IMG/VR virus record: IMGVR_UViG_3300009514_000515
Coordinates: 1-64,000 of that record
Length of the DNA stretch: 64,000 bases
Source of the DNA: a virus
Strand: one strand, 5' to 3'
The number at the start of each line of letters is the position of its first letter. Within the stretch, counting starts at the first letter, position 1. The position numbers were made by a program, and so were the translations under genes. Shown here piece by piece: positions 28,078 through 38,021 of the stretch. The notes under the pieces are model-generated. The model searched no databases. It was not told the origin of the DNA and saw only the letters and a program-made list of their open reading frames with translations.

Positions 28078-30066
28078 TTAGAGGAGGATGAAGCCATCGC
28101 CAAACTGGATGTCGAACTCTTCCGTGTCGGGTGACTCCGAATAGAGACTGAAGTTGTTCAAGGTTCCGTTGACCAGACCGAACTCGGCCGCTGGGTCCAC
28201 AACGGGCGCGTAGTTCGACGCGGTGCGTGTGGGCATGTTGTCGGCCGTGTACTCCATATTGGAGGCCGTGATGGTCTGAGCCTGGAAAGCCTGCTTCTCG
28301 TTCTCCGGGAAGCCTCCGGCGAGGGGTCGGTTGTACTTGGTGCAGGTGTTGTGCATGTTGCGGAATACACACCCCGAGCACTTGTCCATTGCGAGGACGT
28401 AGGGGGCGGAACTCTTCGAATGGTGCTGAGCACCTGTCTCACACCCCTGGATGCCGGACTCGCCGTAAGCTGCAGCCTCGATATAGAGGTGTCCGGCCAG
28501 TCCCTCGTGCTGAGTCCTCATCGCATGGGTGAGGTGGGTGGAGGCTGTCAGGATGTTGGTGCCAAACTCGGAACGCATCAGACCGTCGAGCCGATTGCCG
28601 GCCCACCCGTCATTGAGGTGCAGGCGGAGGCGCTGGAGCATATTGGTCACCTCGGCGACCTTGACCCCAGCTACGCCAGCCACCCTCTTCAGCTCCTGTT
28701 GCCAGGGGTCGAGCTGAGGAACGGACTGCTCTCCGGCATGTCCCCGGAACACGTCACCCTCGAACTGGCCTTTCTTGCTCTGCTGCTTGGAGATGTACAA
28801 CGAAACCATATCCTGGATACCTGCCAGGTGGTGTCCACTCTGGCCCAGAGCGATGGCCTGCTCCTTAGTGAGGTACCCCGCTCGGACACATTGGCCGAGG
28901 TAGGTGGCTACCTTGCGTGCCATCTGGTCACCCTCTCGGGCTCGCAGGGCAGTGACGGCAATGACAGCTTCGTCGGCTTTGGCCTCCCGCATCAACTCAT
29001 CGATGCGGAAGTACTTGTGGCTGTGGTCGACAGGGAAGTCTCGCTCAGGGGTCTCGATGTGGCCCGGAGTCGCGAACGCCTGGCGAAGGACCTCCTTAGG
29101 GTCTCCTTGCGTAGCGATCTTCACACCCAACGAAGCGAGCCTCGGGACGTAGTATAGATAAGCATGCTCCCAGGGCACCGAGGCCACCAGACGCCGCTGA
29201 AAAATCCCACAGGCGCTGTTCTGGTTGTAGACACACCCCACGCACTTGGAGCTGGCCACGACGTACTGGGCGGACTGAGGAACCTGGTTGTTCCAGGTAC
29301 CCTGCTCACAGCCGGGGTAGACAGACGCTCGGAGGAACACCTTGCCTGCAAGGCCGTGCTCCTCAATGATGGACTTCATCGCCGACGCAACCCGGTTGGA
29401 GTCCTCACCCAGGACCTGAGCCGTCTCGATAAGGATGTTCCGGATAGGGTCTCCCGCGGCAGAGCGACGGGCGGCTGCTTGAACAACCGCCTGAATCTGA
29501 CGCATCGAGAACCGCTGCGGACGCGGAGCCTCTTTGTCGGGGTCGGTGAAGTAGCGGGCATGGTCGAGGTCGACGTTCGAACCTTCCAGCCTCATCTTGG
29601 AGCCTTCACTACGGATTCCGTGCGTACGACGGTCGATGCCCCAGGCCTGACTCAGCTCCTCGATACTGAGGTTCGAGGGGTCTCGGGGAAGGCGGTTCGG
29701 GTCCTGCTTCTCCAGGTCTGTCTGGAGTTCCAACCAATCGAGGTTGGGGAGTCGGCTCTCGTGGATGTCTGCGGCCAGGAACGAACGCAGGTCGAGGCCG
29801 TCCTCCTCGGAGAACCAGTTCGTGATACCGGGGTCCTCTTCGGCCCTGACAGTTCGAGGGCCGTAGGGGGCGTTGTCAAACTTGCCGTGCTCCGAGAGGT
29901 TGTTGCCAGGCAGACCGGAGAACCCTTGGGCGGACGGAAGACGTCCTCCCTGCATGACACCTTCGCCAGTGCCCTCGCCGTCGAAGAGGAACCCGTCGAG
30001 GTTCCAGTTCGAGCCAGAAGTCGAGGTGAAGACGCCCTCGGGCAGATTTGACTTGTTGTTCGCCAT
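28078..30066 (-). CDS. Large head-module protein with a duplicated Cys-containing domain
   Basis: HGLAGKVFL...GCEQG...CVGCVY...C and EGLAGHLYI...GCETG...CSGCVF...C. Confidence 0.7.
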   Translation of the reverse strand: MANNKSNLPEGVFTSTSGSNWNLDGFLFDGEGTGEGVMQGGRLPSAQGFSGLPGNNLSEHGKFDNAPYGPRTVRAEEDPGITNWFSEEDGLDLRSFLAADIHESRLPNLDWLELQTDLEKQDPNRLPRDPSNLSIEELSQAWGIDRRTHGIRSEGSKMRLEGSNVDLDHARYFTDPDKEAPRPQRFSMRQIQAVVQAAARRSAAGDPIRNILIETAQVLGEDSNRVASAMKSIIEEHGLAGKVFLRASVYPGCEQGTWNNQVPQSAQYVVASSKCVGCVYNQNSACGIFQRRLVASVPWEHAYLYYVPRLASLGVKIATQGDPKEVLRQAFATPGHIETPERDFPVDHSHKYFRIDELMREAKADEAVIAVTALRAREGDQMARKVATYLGQCVRAGYLTKEQAIALGQSGHHLAGIQDMVSLYISKQQSKKGQFEGDVFRGHAGEQSVPQLDPWQQELKRVAGVAGVKVAEVTNMLQRLRLHLNDGWAGNRLDGLMRSEFGTNILTASTHLTHAMRTQHEGLAGHLYIEAAAYGESGIQGCETGAQHHSKSSAPYVLAMDKCSGCVFRNMHNTCTKYNRPLAGGFPENEKQAFQAQTITASNMEYTADNMPTRTASNYAPVVDPAAEFGLVNGTLNNFSLYSESPDTEEFDIQFGDGFILL

Positions 30067-30078
30067 CGTGTCTACCTC

Positions 30079-30795
30079 TCAGGTGCGTTCCGACTGGTCC
30101 TGGCTGATTTCCTCGTCGGCCCACCCTTCCGGATTCTGCTTGATCTCGTCTGCGTGCTCGATGATGTCCTCGACCTGACGACTGGACGCGGACCAGTGCG
30201 AGGCATGGACTTCGTCATGTAGCGTGTCTGATAGGGCAGATAGTGCCTCGACGACGTTCATGTACGCGCGACGCATCTCCGAGATACGCTGGATGTAGCC
30301 TCGACCTCCGAGCTTGCCGTCGGGGGAGACCATCCGAGACTTGATTTTGGCGAAGAGAGTGTAGCCGCTCATCGCGTGGCCAAGAGCGGCATTCGTCGCC
30401 CGCAGAGTCTTGGCCAGAGCCTTCACCTGCTTGGGGTCGTAGGTGTAGGCATCGGCGCGAGGCATGTCCCGTTCTGTCGGCGGAGTGGTGAATGCCCAGG
30501 AGGTAGCGTCGTTGGTGTTGTCCTTGACGTGGCGAACCTCTCCGGCCGTCCGAATCATGTAGGCCTGGGCAACCCTCTGGGCCACGTCGCGCTTGATGTG
30601 GGCTAGGACGGAGCGACGGACGTCCTTGAGAACGCCCAAAGGGACGTCCGCACTGGCCGTCCTGAAGCGAGGGTCCGCCTGTGTCCGCAGGGCCTGTGTC
30701 CACTGACGACAAGAGGAGGCCAACTGCTCCTTCGGGGTAGTTGGGGGGAGATGAAAAGACCCCACAACACATCGAGCGATGTCCCTGCGGTCCAT
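30079..30795 (-). CDS. Hypothetical head-module protein
   Basis: 238-aa ORF; RVAQAY motif; SPDGKLGGRGY. Confidence 0.7.
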   Translation of the reverse strand: MDRRDIARCVVGSFHLPPTTPKEQLASSCRQWTQALRTQADPRFRTASADVPLGVLKDVRRSVLAHIKRDVAQRVAQAYMIRTAGEVRHVKDNTNDATSWAFTTPPTERDMPRADAYTYDPKQVKALAKTLRATNAALGHAMSGYTLFAKIKSRMVSPDGKLGGRGYIQRISEMRRAYMNVVEALSALSDTLHDEVHASHWSASSRQVEDIIEHADEIKQNPEGWADEEISQDQSERT

Positions 30796-30797
30796 GG

Positions 30798-31388
30798 TTA
30801 TACTCCCTTGAGGGGAGACCCGTCCGAGTCGAACAGACGCTCGACGACGTATGTCTCGCCTTCCTTCCGATAGCTCCAGAGGTCCTGGGTCGATTTGTTC
30901 ACCAGTTCGTTGTGGCCGTTGAGGAAGAAGCTAGTGAGGTCACCCAGGCTCGTTGCCGTCACCATGACAGAACTGGCCTGTCGAAGGAGCGGAGGAGCTG
31001 GCTTGAGGTGATGAGCAGCGACAGCCCTCAGAAGGCCGTCGTCCCACATCACGAACACTCGCCCATCGAGGGCTGTCACGTCGCCGGATGCCGTCCGAAC
31101 CTTGACCACGGTGCCTTCGGCGTCGACCTGACCCCGCAGAGGGGTTGGGAAGTCCGAGTAGGCCAGCATGGCTTCGGCAGAAGAGACGAAGGACACCCGA
31201 GTGCCCGACAGAAGAGGAGCAGGCTCCGGAACGGGCAGCGGAGTGGGAGCTTTCCCAAACAGCACACCGAGGTCGTCGGTGCCGTCGGTACTGGTGATAG
31301 CCCGCCCAATTACGCTGTTGGCGAACCCGATGTCTCCAGAGGAGCCGATGTCGATGTTGCCTTCCAGAAGGTCTTCCCAGTATCCCAT
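30798..31388 (-). CDS. Hypothetical protein with SH3-like segment
   Basis: 196-aa ORF, AGGT RBS; GTRVSF...GTVVKV...VFVMWDDG. Confidence 0.65.
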   Translation of the reverse strand: MGYWEDLLEGNIDIGSSGDIGFANSVIGRAITSTDGTDDLGVLFGKAPTPLPVPEPAPLLSGTRVSFVSSAEAMLAYSDFPTPLRGQVDAEGTVVKVRTASGDVTALDGRVFVMWDDGLLRAVAAHHLKPAPPLLRQASSVMVTATSLGDLTSFFLNGHNELVNKSTQDLWSYRKEGETYVVERLFDSDGSPLKGV

Positions 31389-31399
31389 GGCTACCTACC

Positions 31400-31835
31400 T
31401 CACAGTACCGGGACCAGCTCCTTTCGCCGGTCCACGCCGATTCTGTCCCAGTGAATGACAAACCCTTTGTCCTTCACCCATGAAAGAACTTTCCTATAGA
31501 GAAGGTACAACAGCCGAGCCATGATGGTCGCCGGCAAGAGAGCGAAGGTCCCCAGGCCCGGGAACAAGGTCGCCACCAGGAGGCCGATGCCGGATTCCGG
31601 CAAGGACCCCAATAGCTCGCCCATCGACAGCCCGCCCGTGAACCCCCTGATGAGACCTTCGACGTCCCACGAAATCTCGGCCACATTGAGCCAGACCCAG
31701 ATGAACGCCGCAGCCATCAGGGGGCGGGCCAAGGTCTTGGCCAGACCCAGATGAACGCCGCAGCCATCAGGGGGCGGGCCAAGGTCTTGACCACCCTGCT
31801 CTTCTCCAACACTCTGTCGATAGGTTGGATGACAA
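31400..31835 (-). pseudogene. C-terminal remnant of a phage membrane protein, split by the insertion and frameshifted
   Basis: Frame IQPIDRVLEKSRVVKTLARPLMAAAFIWVWLN... is continuous once one copy of the 50-bp duplication is removed; no start codon of its own. Confidence 0.6.
31690..31789. repeat. Perfect 50-bp tandem duplication (frameshifting)
   Basis: gccagacccagatgaacgccgcagccatcagggggcgggccaaggtcttg x2. Confidence 0.93.
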
Positions 31836-31987
31836 TGGGGGCGAAGCTTCTGATGGTAGTCGCGGACGAAGTCGTAGAACTTGTACTGGCGTACATGCTC
31901 CCGCTCCACGCTCCAAAACAGAAACGACCCGATGGGGTAGCCTTGCATCAGGCTGTCGAACAGCCGCGCGATCTGCTCCGGTCGCCT
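31835..31987 (-). pseudogene. Internal fragment of a DUF262 (GmrS/ParB-like) defence protein
   Basis: RPEQIARLFDSLMQGYPIGSFLFW...; lacks the preceding QRxxVW and the following DGQQR motifs. Confidence 0.75.
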
Positions 31988-32062
31988 CCGGTTTCATATG
32001 ACCAGCTACGCCCCTGGCGCAGCAGCAGCGAGCCGTGACCAGAAGAACCCGGCACGCGCACA

Positions 32063-32527
32063 TCACGGCACCTCGATGCGGTGCGGCTCGAGCAGGTTGA
32101 AGACCGCTTCGTGGGCGTACCACCCGTCCAACGCCGGGTTCTCGTCCCAGCCGACATAGGCCGGGCTCGTTGGCGGAATTCCCTCGACGAGGGAACGGTC
32201 TGCAGCGCGACCAACCACGATGCAGGCGTGCCGATGGCGTGTGAGCATGACGCAGAGCCGACCGGGATCGAGATGGAACTCATCGACGTCGACGAGGCCC
32301 GCAAACGGGTGCCACGCGATGACGATCTCGTACGTGAGCCCCTGGAGCTTGTTCGCGGTGTTGACGACGACGTCCGTCAGACCGGCGTCGTCGAGTGCCA
32401 CCCTCAACAAGTTCTTCTGATCGTTGTGGCTTACGGCAACTGCAATTTCGTTCGCCTGAACGGGCTTCGCCCTCCGGTGCGTCTCGCACTGGGCAACGGG
32501 ACCGCGATCGAGGAGCCGAAGCAGTAG
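32063..32527 (-). pseudogene. C-terminal fragment of an SF1 (Upf1/DNA2-like) helicase
   Basis: IAVAVSHNDQ...VNTANKLQGLTY...RLCVMLTRHRH; no Walker A or start. Confidence 0.7.
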
Positions 32528-34850
32528 TGGTCGACGTGGAAGGAACGGGTCTCGCCCTCGTGGTCCGACGCCGTCTGGATCATCTCCGGGAGCGCGTGCA
32601 CGATGTAGCAGTCATCCGGAGGGGACCCGGGCGGCTCGCGGACGAGTGCGACTCCTTCTCCCAGGCATCAAGCTGGTACAGCGCACGGAAGACTGCCGGG
32701 ATGACGTGGTCGTAGAGCAAGTCGTTATGCCGACTGACCCACTCGACGATCTGGTCCAGGAGCTTCGGGGTTTGCTCGAACAGCTCTTCGATCGCGATGG
32801 GGCTCTTGTTGAGATAGCGTGCGACCTCCGCGACGACGGTGAGACGCGAGTGCTGGCGATCCTCCATGTCCACGACCTCGGACCGGCTGGACACGTCTCG
32901 GCCGTCCCCCCGCAGGCCAGTCTGGATGGTGCGGAGCACCTTGTAGCGCTCAACGAGCTCTTCTGAGAACGACAGGTCGAGCGGCCTGGGGGAGGCGATG
33001 TCCTTTAGCTCCCACAGGTGCCGCTTGCGGCGGATCTCCAGATGAGGGACCGGACGAACCGGACGGACTTCGACCCGCTGCTTGGACTGTCCGTCCTTCT
33101 TGAGTTCGTCGACGGTGAGCTTGTAGTTCTCGTGAAGCTCCTGATCCAGCATCTCCTTGCACTGCGTCGAAAGGTAGACGCGGCCTGTGCGCGTCGGGGG
33201 CATGTCGATGGCGCGGAGGCAGCGCATCGACGCCTGAAGCACGAAGATCTTGGACGTGGGCTTCCGGTAGAGCACGACACCGAAGAGCGACCGACAGTTC
33301 CAGCCCTCCTTGCCCTTGCCTACCAGGAGGATGAACTGCTTGTCCGAGTCGTGGGTGTCGAGGAGGTTGAACGAGCGGATGTCATCTGCCGTGGTGTGTT
33401 TGGAATCGCCCACGTTCACCAGGACCGATGTGCCTGAGATACCCGCGTCGCCCAGAACCTCGAGGAGCACGCGTCTCACGGGATCGATGTCTTTGATCTT
33501 GGGGACGAAGATCGCGAGCTTGGGAAGCATGCCCTCGTAGCGTCGGCCCCCGCCGTGGTGGCGAATGAAGTCGGCGACGGCATCCTTGACGAACTTCTTC
33601 TCGAGGACCTTTTTCTCGTCGACGTGCTGGACTTCGACCTCCTTGAGATAGCCAGCCTCGATCGCCTGCTTGAGCCCGTAGGCGTAGACCACCTCCGGGA
33701 AGACCTGTCCCTTGGCGTAGGGCGTGCCTGTGAAGTTGTAGCAGCCCACGACGCGCGTTCCGCGCTCCTTCAGGTCCTGCCCGAGGAGGTCGACTGTTCG
33801 CCGTAGGCTCGTAGCGCTCTCGGGGTCGAGGTCCTTGATGAGTGTGTTGCCGAAGGCGTGGTGGGCTTCGTCGATGAAGACCCCGAGCTGCTCCATTCTG
33901 CGAAGGGTCTCGTACCGCTGGTTCGTGACGATCTCCGCCTCGTTCTCAATCTCCTCGGTGTCGAACAGGTTCCGAGCCCGCGCTTCGGCGGAGGTCGGCT
34001 CGAGCGTCCGGGGCGTCGCCGCAAACAACTTGGCGGTCGCAGACGGCGTCTTGCTCTGCCGCTTGAGAATGATCTTCTGCGCGTTGCTGACGATGATGTT
34101 GAAACGCTGGCGCAGGCCCGTGAGGGTGGCGCCGTCCTCCTCGAGAAACCGAGCTTCCGCCGCGTCGATCACGTGCATGTACTCGGGCGGGACGACCAGC
34201 AAACGGTCGAACTGTTCAATGTCGCGGCGCAGAGTGGCGAGGACGGTCTTGTCCGGGGCGAAGATCAGGGCATTGTGCGCGTACCGGACATCCTTGGGGT
34301 ACGTGTTCGCCATCAGAAAGTCATAGAAGATGCACGTCGCCATGAGCAGCGTCTTGCCGGTGCCCATGGTCAACGCGAAGATGTAGTTCGCGTACTCGAC
34401 GGCCCCGCCCAGCTTCTTCATCTTCTCGAAGGCAGCCTTGTAGGCTTCCTCTCCGAAGTCCGCGTCGAAGAGCGACGCCTGCTCGTCGACCGATAGGCCG
34501 ATGGCGTCTCGCGTCGCGAACGGCGTCTCCTTCCGGTACCACTTCTCGAAGATCTCGTGGACCGGCCAGGCGCGCACGGCGCGGCCGCCCGCGGAGCGTT
34601 CGACCATGCGCTCCTTGAGGAAGATGTACATCTCGAGGGCCTGCGCTTGAGGCACGCGCAGGAAGCGAGGACGGGCGCGCCGCGCTTCCAGCACTTCGTC
34701 GTAGCCGAGGGGGGCGTTGTACTCGAGGAACCGTTGCGTCACGCCAGGGTAGTTGGCGCGGATCACGACGCGGTTCTTGCGGTACCAACCCCATAGCTCG
34801 TGGTGGAAGGCCTCGTCGAGCGTGACCACCTTGCGAACCGGCTTAGCCAT
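32517..34850 (-). pseudogene. res: Type III restriction Res subunit (SF2 helicase), frameshifted near 32652 and truncated at ~32517
   Basis: ALTMGTGKT, FIDEAHH, FTGTP, KEGWNC, QASMRCLR; alternative frame continues VALVREP...SFHVDHYCF and then joins the helicase fragment; no C-terminal nuclease domain. Confidence 0.8.
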
Positions 34851-36774
34851 GGTTCACCTCGACGCTCGCTTCGAAGACGTCGGAAAGCACATCCGTGATC
34901 TTCACCCGGATGGTGCCGGCGCCATCGGGAATCTCGTACTCCCCGGCGACCATCTCACCGCGAGCCGGGATGTCTGTCACCGCCGGGCGCAACACAGCAC
35001 CATCGAAGTTAAAGTCGATGAGCACGCTGTCGACGAACTCGCGCCAGTCGGAGACGGCCGCCTTCTCCATCGACAGCTTCTGGAGGAGGTTCATGGGGTA
35101 GAACCGCTCAATCCGCAGCCGCTGCCGCTTGACCGTGATCTTCGCCTCGCTGTCCCGCTTGAACTGGATGTGATCCTTGTCGCGAAGAATGTCGACGACC
35201 TCGATGTCGACTTTGCAGCCTGGGTCGTTGAGGCTGTTTCGGATCTCAGTGGTCAATTCCGCGGCGATGTCGGGTTCGTGTCCCATGCAGAGGAGCGTGA
35301 TTCGCTCTACCGGCTTCTTGGGCGCGTCCACGCGACGACGCGCAAGCTCTCGGTAGTCAAGGTTCTGAACGATGGGGGCGAGATCGGCCTTGGTGGCGAT
35401 ACGGTTGACCGGCATTACGCGGACTTGTCGGGCCTCGGTGCCTTCTCCAAGCTCCCCATGCCAGAGCGCGCCCCCTGCGAGCGGGCGCACGCCGATGGCC
35501 TCAAGCAGCAGTTCTCGTGCCTCGAGTTCGTTCCGGAAGACCTCGTACTGGTTGACGACGAACACGTCGAAGCCGGGAAGCGAAGCGGCCTGCGACTGAT
35601 CATCACGAGGCGTCGGCTTGCCCAGCGAAAGCTGGGATCGCAGGCGATGGATCGTTGTGGTTATCGCCCCTTGATTGATGTCGCTCCCGACAAATCGACG
35701 GCCCAGCCGAGACGCACAGGCCAACGTCGTTCCAGACCCGGCAAAGCAATCCAGTACGAGCGCCCCTGGCTTGGTCAGGCCAAGAATGATGCGTTCGAGC
35801 AGCAGCTCGGGCTTCTGGGTTGGGTAGCCGATACGTTCTGACGACTTCGGATCAAGCCCCTTCATATCCCAGACCGAGTCGATGGGTTGCCCGAGGGCCT
35901 CGTACACAACGTCATCAGCACCCGGATCTCGGCCGTGTTGCTTCTTCCACTTGTTCAAATAGCGAACAAATCTCGAATCCTGCGTGGGCATGTTGCCCCC
36001 TAGAATCCGCCCGCTCTCGTCCATGTAGGACTTCCAGCGCTTTCCATCGATCGTGTCGGCCAACTGTGTGTCAAAGAGCTGGTTGTAAGTGAAAGACACG
36101 CCTTTCGTGTACCAAAGGAGGGTGTCGTGTTTGCGGGGAAAATAGCCGTGCGTCTGCCCCTGGAAGGTGCGGTACCTCCAGACGATCTCGTTCTTGAATC
36201 CAGGCGCCCTTCCGTCTCCACCACCGTCGCCGAACACTTCGTCCATTAGGCACCGAAGGTGGTGCATCTTGTGCCAGTCGCAATGAAGAACGATGGATCC
36301 CGTTGAGCTCAGCAACTCGCGCAGCAGGTACAGCCTCTCATACATGAACTGCAGATACTCATCATTGGTCCACAGGTCCGAGTACTGTCGCTCCTCGAAT
36401 GCCGTTCCGTCGGATGAGGCGACTCCGGCTCGCTGCACGACCTTCTTCTTGTAGTCGGCCTTCGAGTCGAACGGTGGGTCGATGTAGACGAAGTCAACTC
36501 GTCCTCGGAACTTCCGCAGCAAGTGCCCCATCACCTGCAGGTTGTCGCCCCAGTACAGCTGGTTGCGCCATCCATGGACGGCGTCACCGTGGGACTCCTT
36601 GTGCTGCGCCGGGTAGTAGTGGACGCCGTTGAACGGCCGCTTCCCCTTCCACCACAGCTCCGGAAACCCGCGCTGGGGGTCTGGTCGGGAGGTCTCGACC
36701 TCGAAGAACTCGGTCTGCTCGGCCTCCGCCGGGACCAGGTCTTGCTGGCCGTCATTCTTCTTCTTCATCGTCAT
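34843..36774 (-). CDS. mod: Type III-like Mod adenine DNA methyltransferase (beta class), intact
   Basis: GDNL, YIDPPF (motif IV), YPTQKPE, LDCFAGSGTT (motif I); 8-nt overlap with res. Confidence 0.92.
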   Translation of the reverse strand: MTMKKKNDGQQDLVPAEAEQTEFFEVETSRPDPQRGFPELWWKGKRPFNGVHYYPAQHKESHGDAVHGWRNQLYWGDNLQVMGHLLRKFRGRVDFVYIDPPFDSKADYKKKVVQRAGVASSDGTAFEERQYSDLWTNDEYLQFMYERLYLLRELLSSTGSIVLHCDWHKMHHLRCLMDEVFGDGGGDGRAPGFKNEIVWRYRTFQGQTHGYFPRKHDTLLWYTKGVSFTYNQLFDTQLADTIDGKRWKSYMDESGRILGGNMPTQDSRFVRYLNKWKKQHGRDPGADDVVYEALGQPIDSVWDMKGLDPKSSERIGYPTQKPELLLERIILGLTKPGALVLDCFAGSGTTLACASRLGRRFVGSDINQGAITTTIHRLRSQLSLGKPTPRDDQSQAASLPGFDVFVVNQYEVFRNELEARELLLEAIGVRPLAGGALWHGELGEGTEARQVRVMPVNRIATKADLAPIVQNLDYRELARRRVDAPKKPVERITLLCMGHEPDIAAELTTEIRNSLNDPGCKVDIEVVDILRDKDHIQFKRDSEAKITVKRQRLRIERFYPMNLLQKLSMEKAAVSDWREFVDSVLIDFNFDGAVLRPAVTDIPARGEMVAGEYEIPDGAGTIRVKITDVLSDVFEASVEVNHG

Positions 36775-37016
36775 CCTCGCCGGTCGCAGTAGGCTTTCAT
36801 GTCGCAGTTCTTGCAGAGCTGTTCGGGCCGTTCCTGAATGTCGAAGTCCTTCGACTCGATGCGCGCGACCACGTCATCGAACCCTTGCATCGTGCGCTCG
36901 ATACGCACGGGATCCATGTCGTATGAGATGCGGGGGTTCCCGTGGAGCGCTCCGGTATAGTGCAGGTGGAGCTTGGTCACTCGCTTGCCGTGGCGCTTCT
37001 CCACGAGTTGCCCGTA
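36771..37016 (-). pseudogene. C-terminal fragment of a RecB-family PD-(D/E)XK nuclease
   Basis: YGQLVEKRHG...LHLHYTG...LCKNCDMKAYC; begins abruptly at the insertion junction. Confidence 0.65.
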
Positions 37017-37288
37017 TCCTTGATACGAGTCCAGACCTTAGGCGCCCTCTTGAAGAGCTTCAGGAGGCCATTGAGCTTGCGTCCCAGACCACCCAGGAGT
37101 GCCGTGCGTGTCTTCGCGTTGATGGCCGGGAGGGTGAACGCCTCCGCGAACCCAACGAGGACCTCGGGAGTCAGGTCGTGCAGGCTCGCAGAGCGTTGGT
37201 GGAACCCGACCGAGGCGTAGGCTTCGGCGGCCGCGACTCGGATGAAGTACCGGTCGGCGACCCGCTGTGCGATCTCGGCCTGGACCAT
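37017..37288 (-). pseudogene. N-terminal remnant of the phage gene split by the insertion
   Basis: MVQAEIAQRVADRY...KVWTRIKD then reads into foreign DNA and stops at 36977. Confidence 0.6.
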
Positions 37289-37292
37289 CGAC

Positions 37293-38021
37293 TCACCACA
37301 CGCTGTGCTGGTAGTCGTAGCCAATCTTCTCCTTGCTCAGCCAGTCGGTGAACCCCTCCCAAGACACACCCTTGAGGGCCTTAGGGTCCGCCTTCAGGAT
37401 CTTGAACAGCTTACGTGCTGCCCCGGAGCTTTTCTCCTTAATCTTGGTGTAATAGGGGTCCTGTAACTGGAAGTCAGAGCTGGGGGAGTAGGCACTGAAC
37501 TCTGTCCACTCCGAGGTCACGGCGAAGTCCTTGGCCTCGGCAGTGATTGGCTGGACGTCGAGAGGAACCACCTTGAGGTAGAACACCTGCTTCTCGGAGA
37601 CGCGCACGCCATCGTCCTTGTCGAGGCCCTTCTTCTCGACAGCCTTACGAGCCTTGTCGACCGCCCCTTTGAGAGCCTTGAGGACCTTGTCGTAGTCCAT
37701 GCTCTTCGAAAGCTTGGCGTCGTTGATGAGGTTGATACCGAGGAACTCGTCGAGGTGGAGAGTCTGCACCGCATACCACATCGTGATTTCAGTGTATCCC
37801 ATCTGCCTCTTGAACTTCTTGCCTGGGATTTCCTCTACCAGGATGTACGCGTTGTGGTAACTGACCCGGACGTCCTTGCCAATCCAGACCGCGTCCCAAC
37901 GCCCACCTCCGCGAGCCCACTTGGCTCGGGCATCGTGGTTGAACACCAAGGGAACCAGTGTCTCCCGAAACTCGGGGCGTTGACTGGCCAAACGAATAAC
38001 GGCCTCGCGAAGACCCATCAC
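37293..38021 (-). CDS. Hypothetical head-module protein
   Basis: GGAGGT RBS; N-terminal LREAVIRLASQRPEFRETLVPL helix motif. Confidence 0.7.
   Translation of the reverse strand: MMGLREAVIRLASQRPEFRETLVPLVFNHDARAKWARGGGRWDAVWIGKDVRVSYHNAYILVEEIPGKKFKRQMGYTEITMWYAVQTLHLDEFLGINLINDAKLSKSMDYDKVLKALKGAVDKARKAVEKKGLDKDDGVRVSEKQVFYLKVVPLDVQPITAEAKDFAVTSEWTEFSAYSPSSDFQLQDPYYTKIKEKSSGAARKLFKILKADPKALKGVSWEGFTDWLSKEKIGYDYQHSVW

Larger units (their letters stand above)
31835..37016 (-). other. Captured, deletion-riddled bacterial defence-island segment (~5.2 kb)
   Basis: Both ends fall inside gene fragments; contains type III mod/res plus helicase, DUF262 and nuclease fragments; codon style (GCG/CGC-rich) differs from the flanks. 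Confidence 0.8.

Noticed and set aside
31690-31789. 50-bp direct repeat as att site or target duplication of the insert
   Set aside because: Both copies are adjacent on one side; no copy seen near 37016
31400-31948. 182-aa ORF as a genuine DUF262-membrane fusion
   Set aside because: Chimeric read-through created by the insertion junction and the 50-bp duplication
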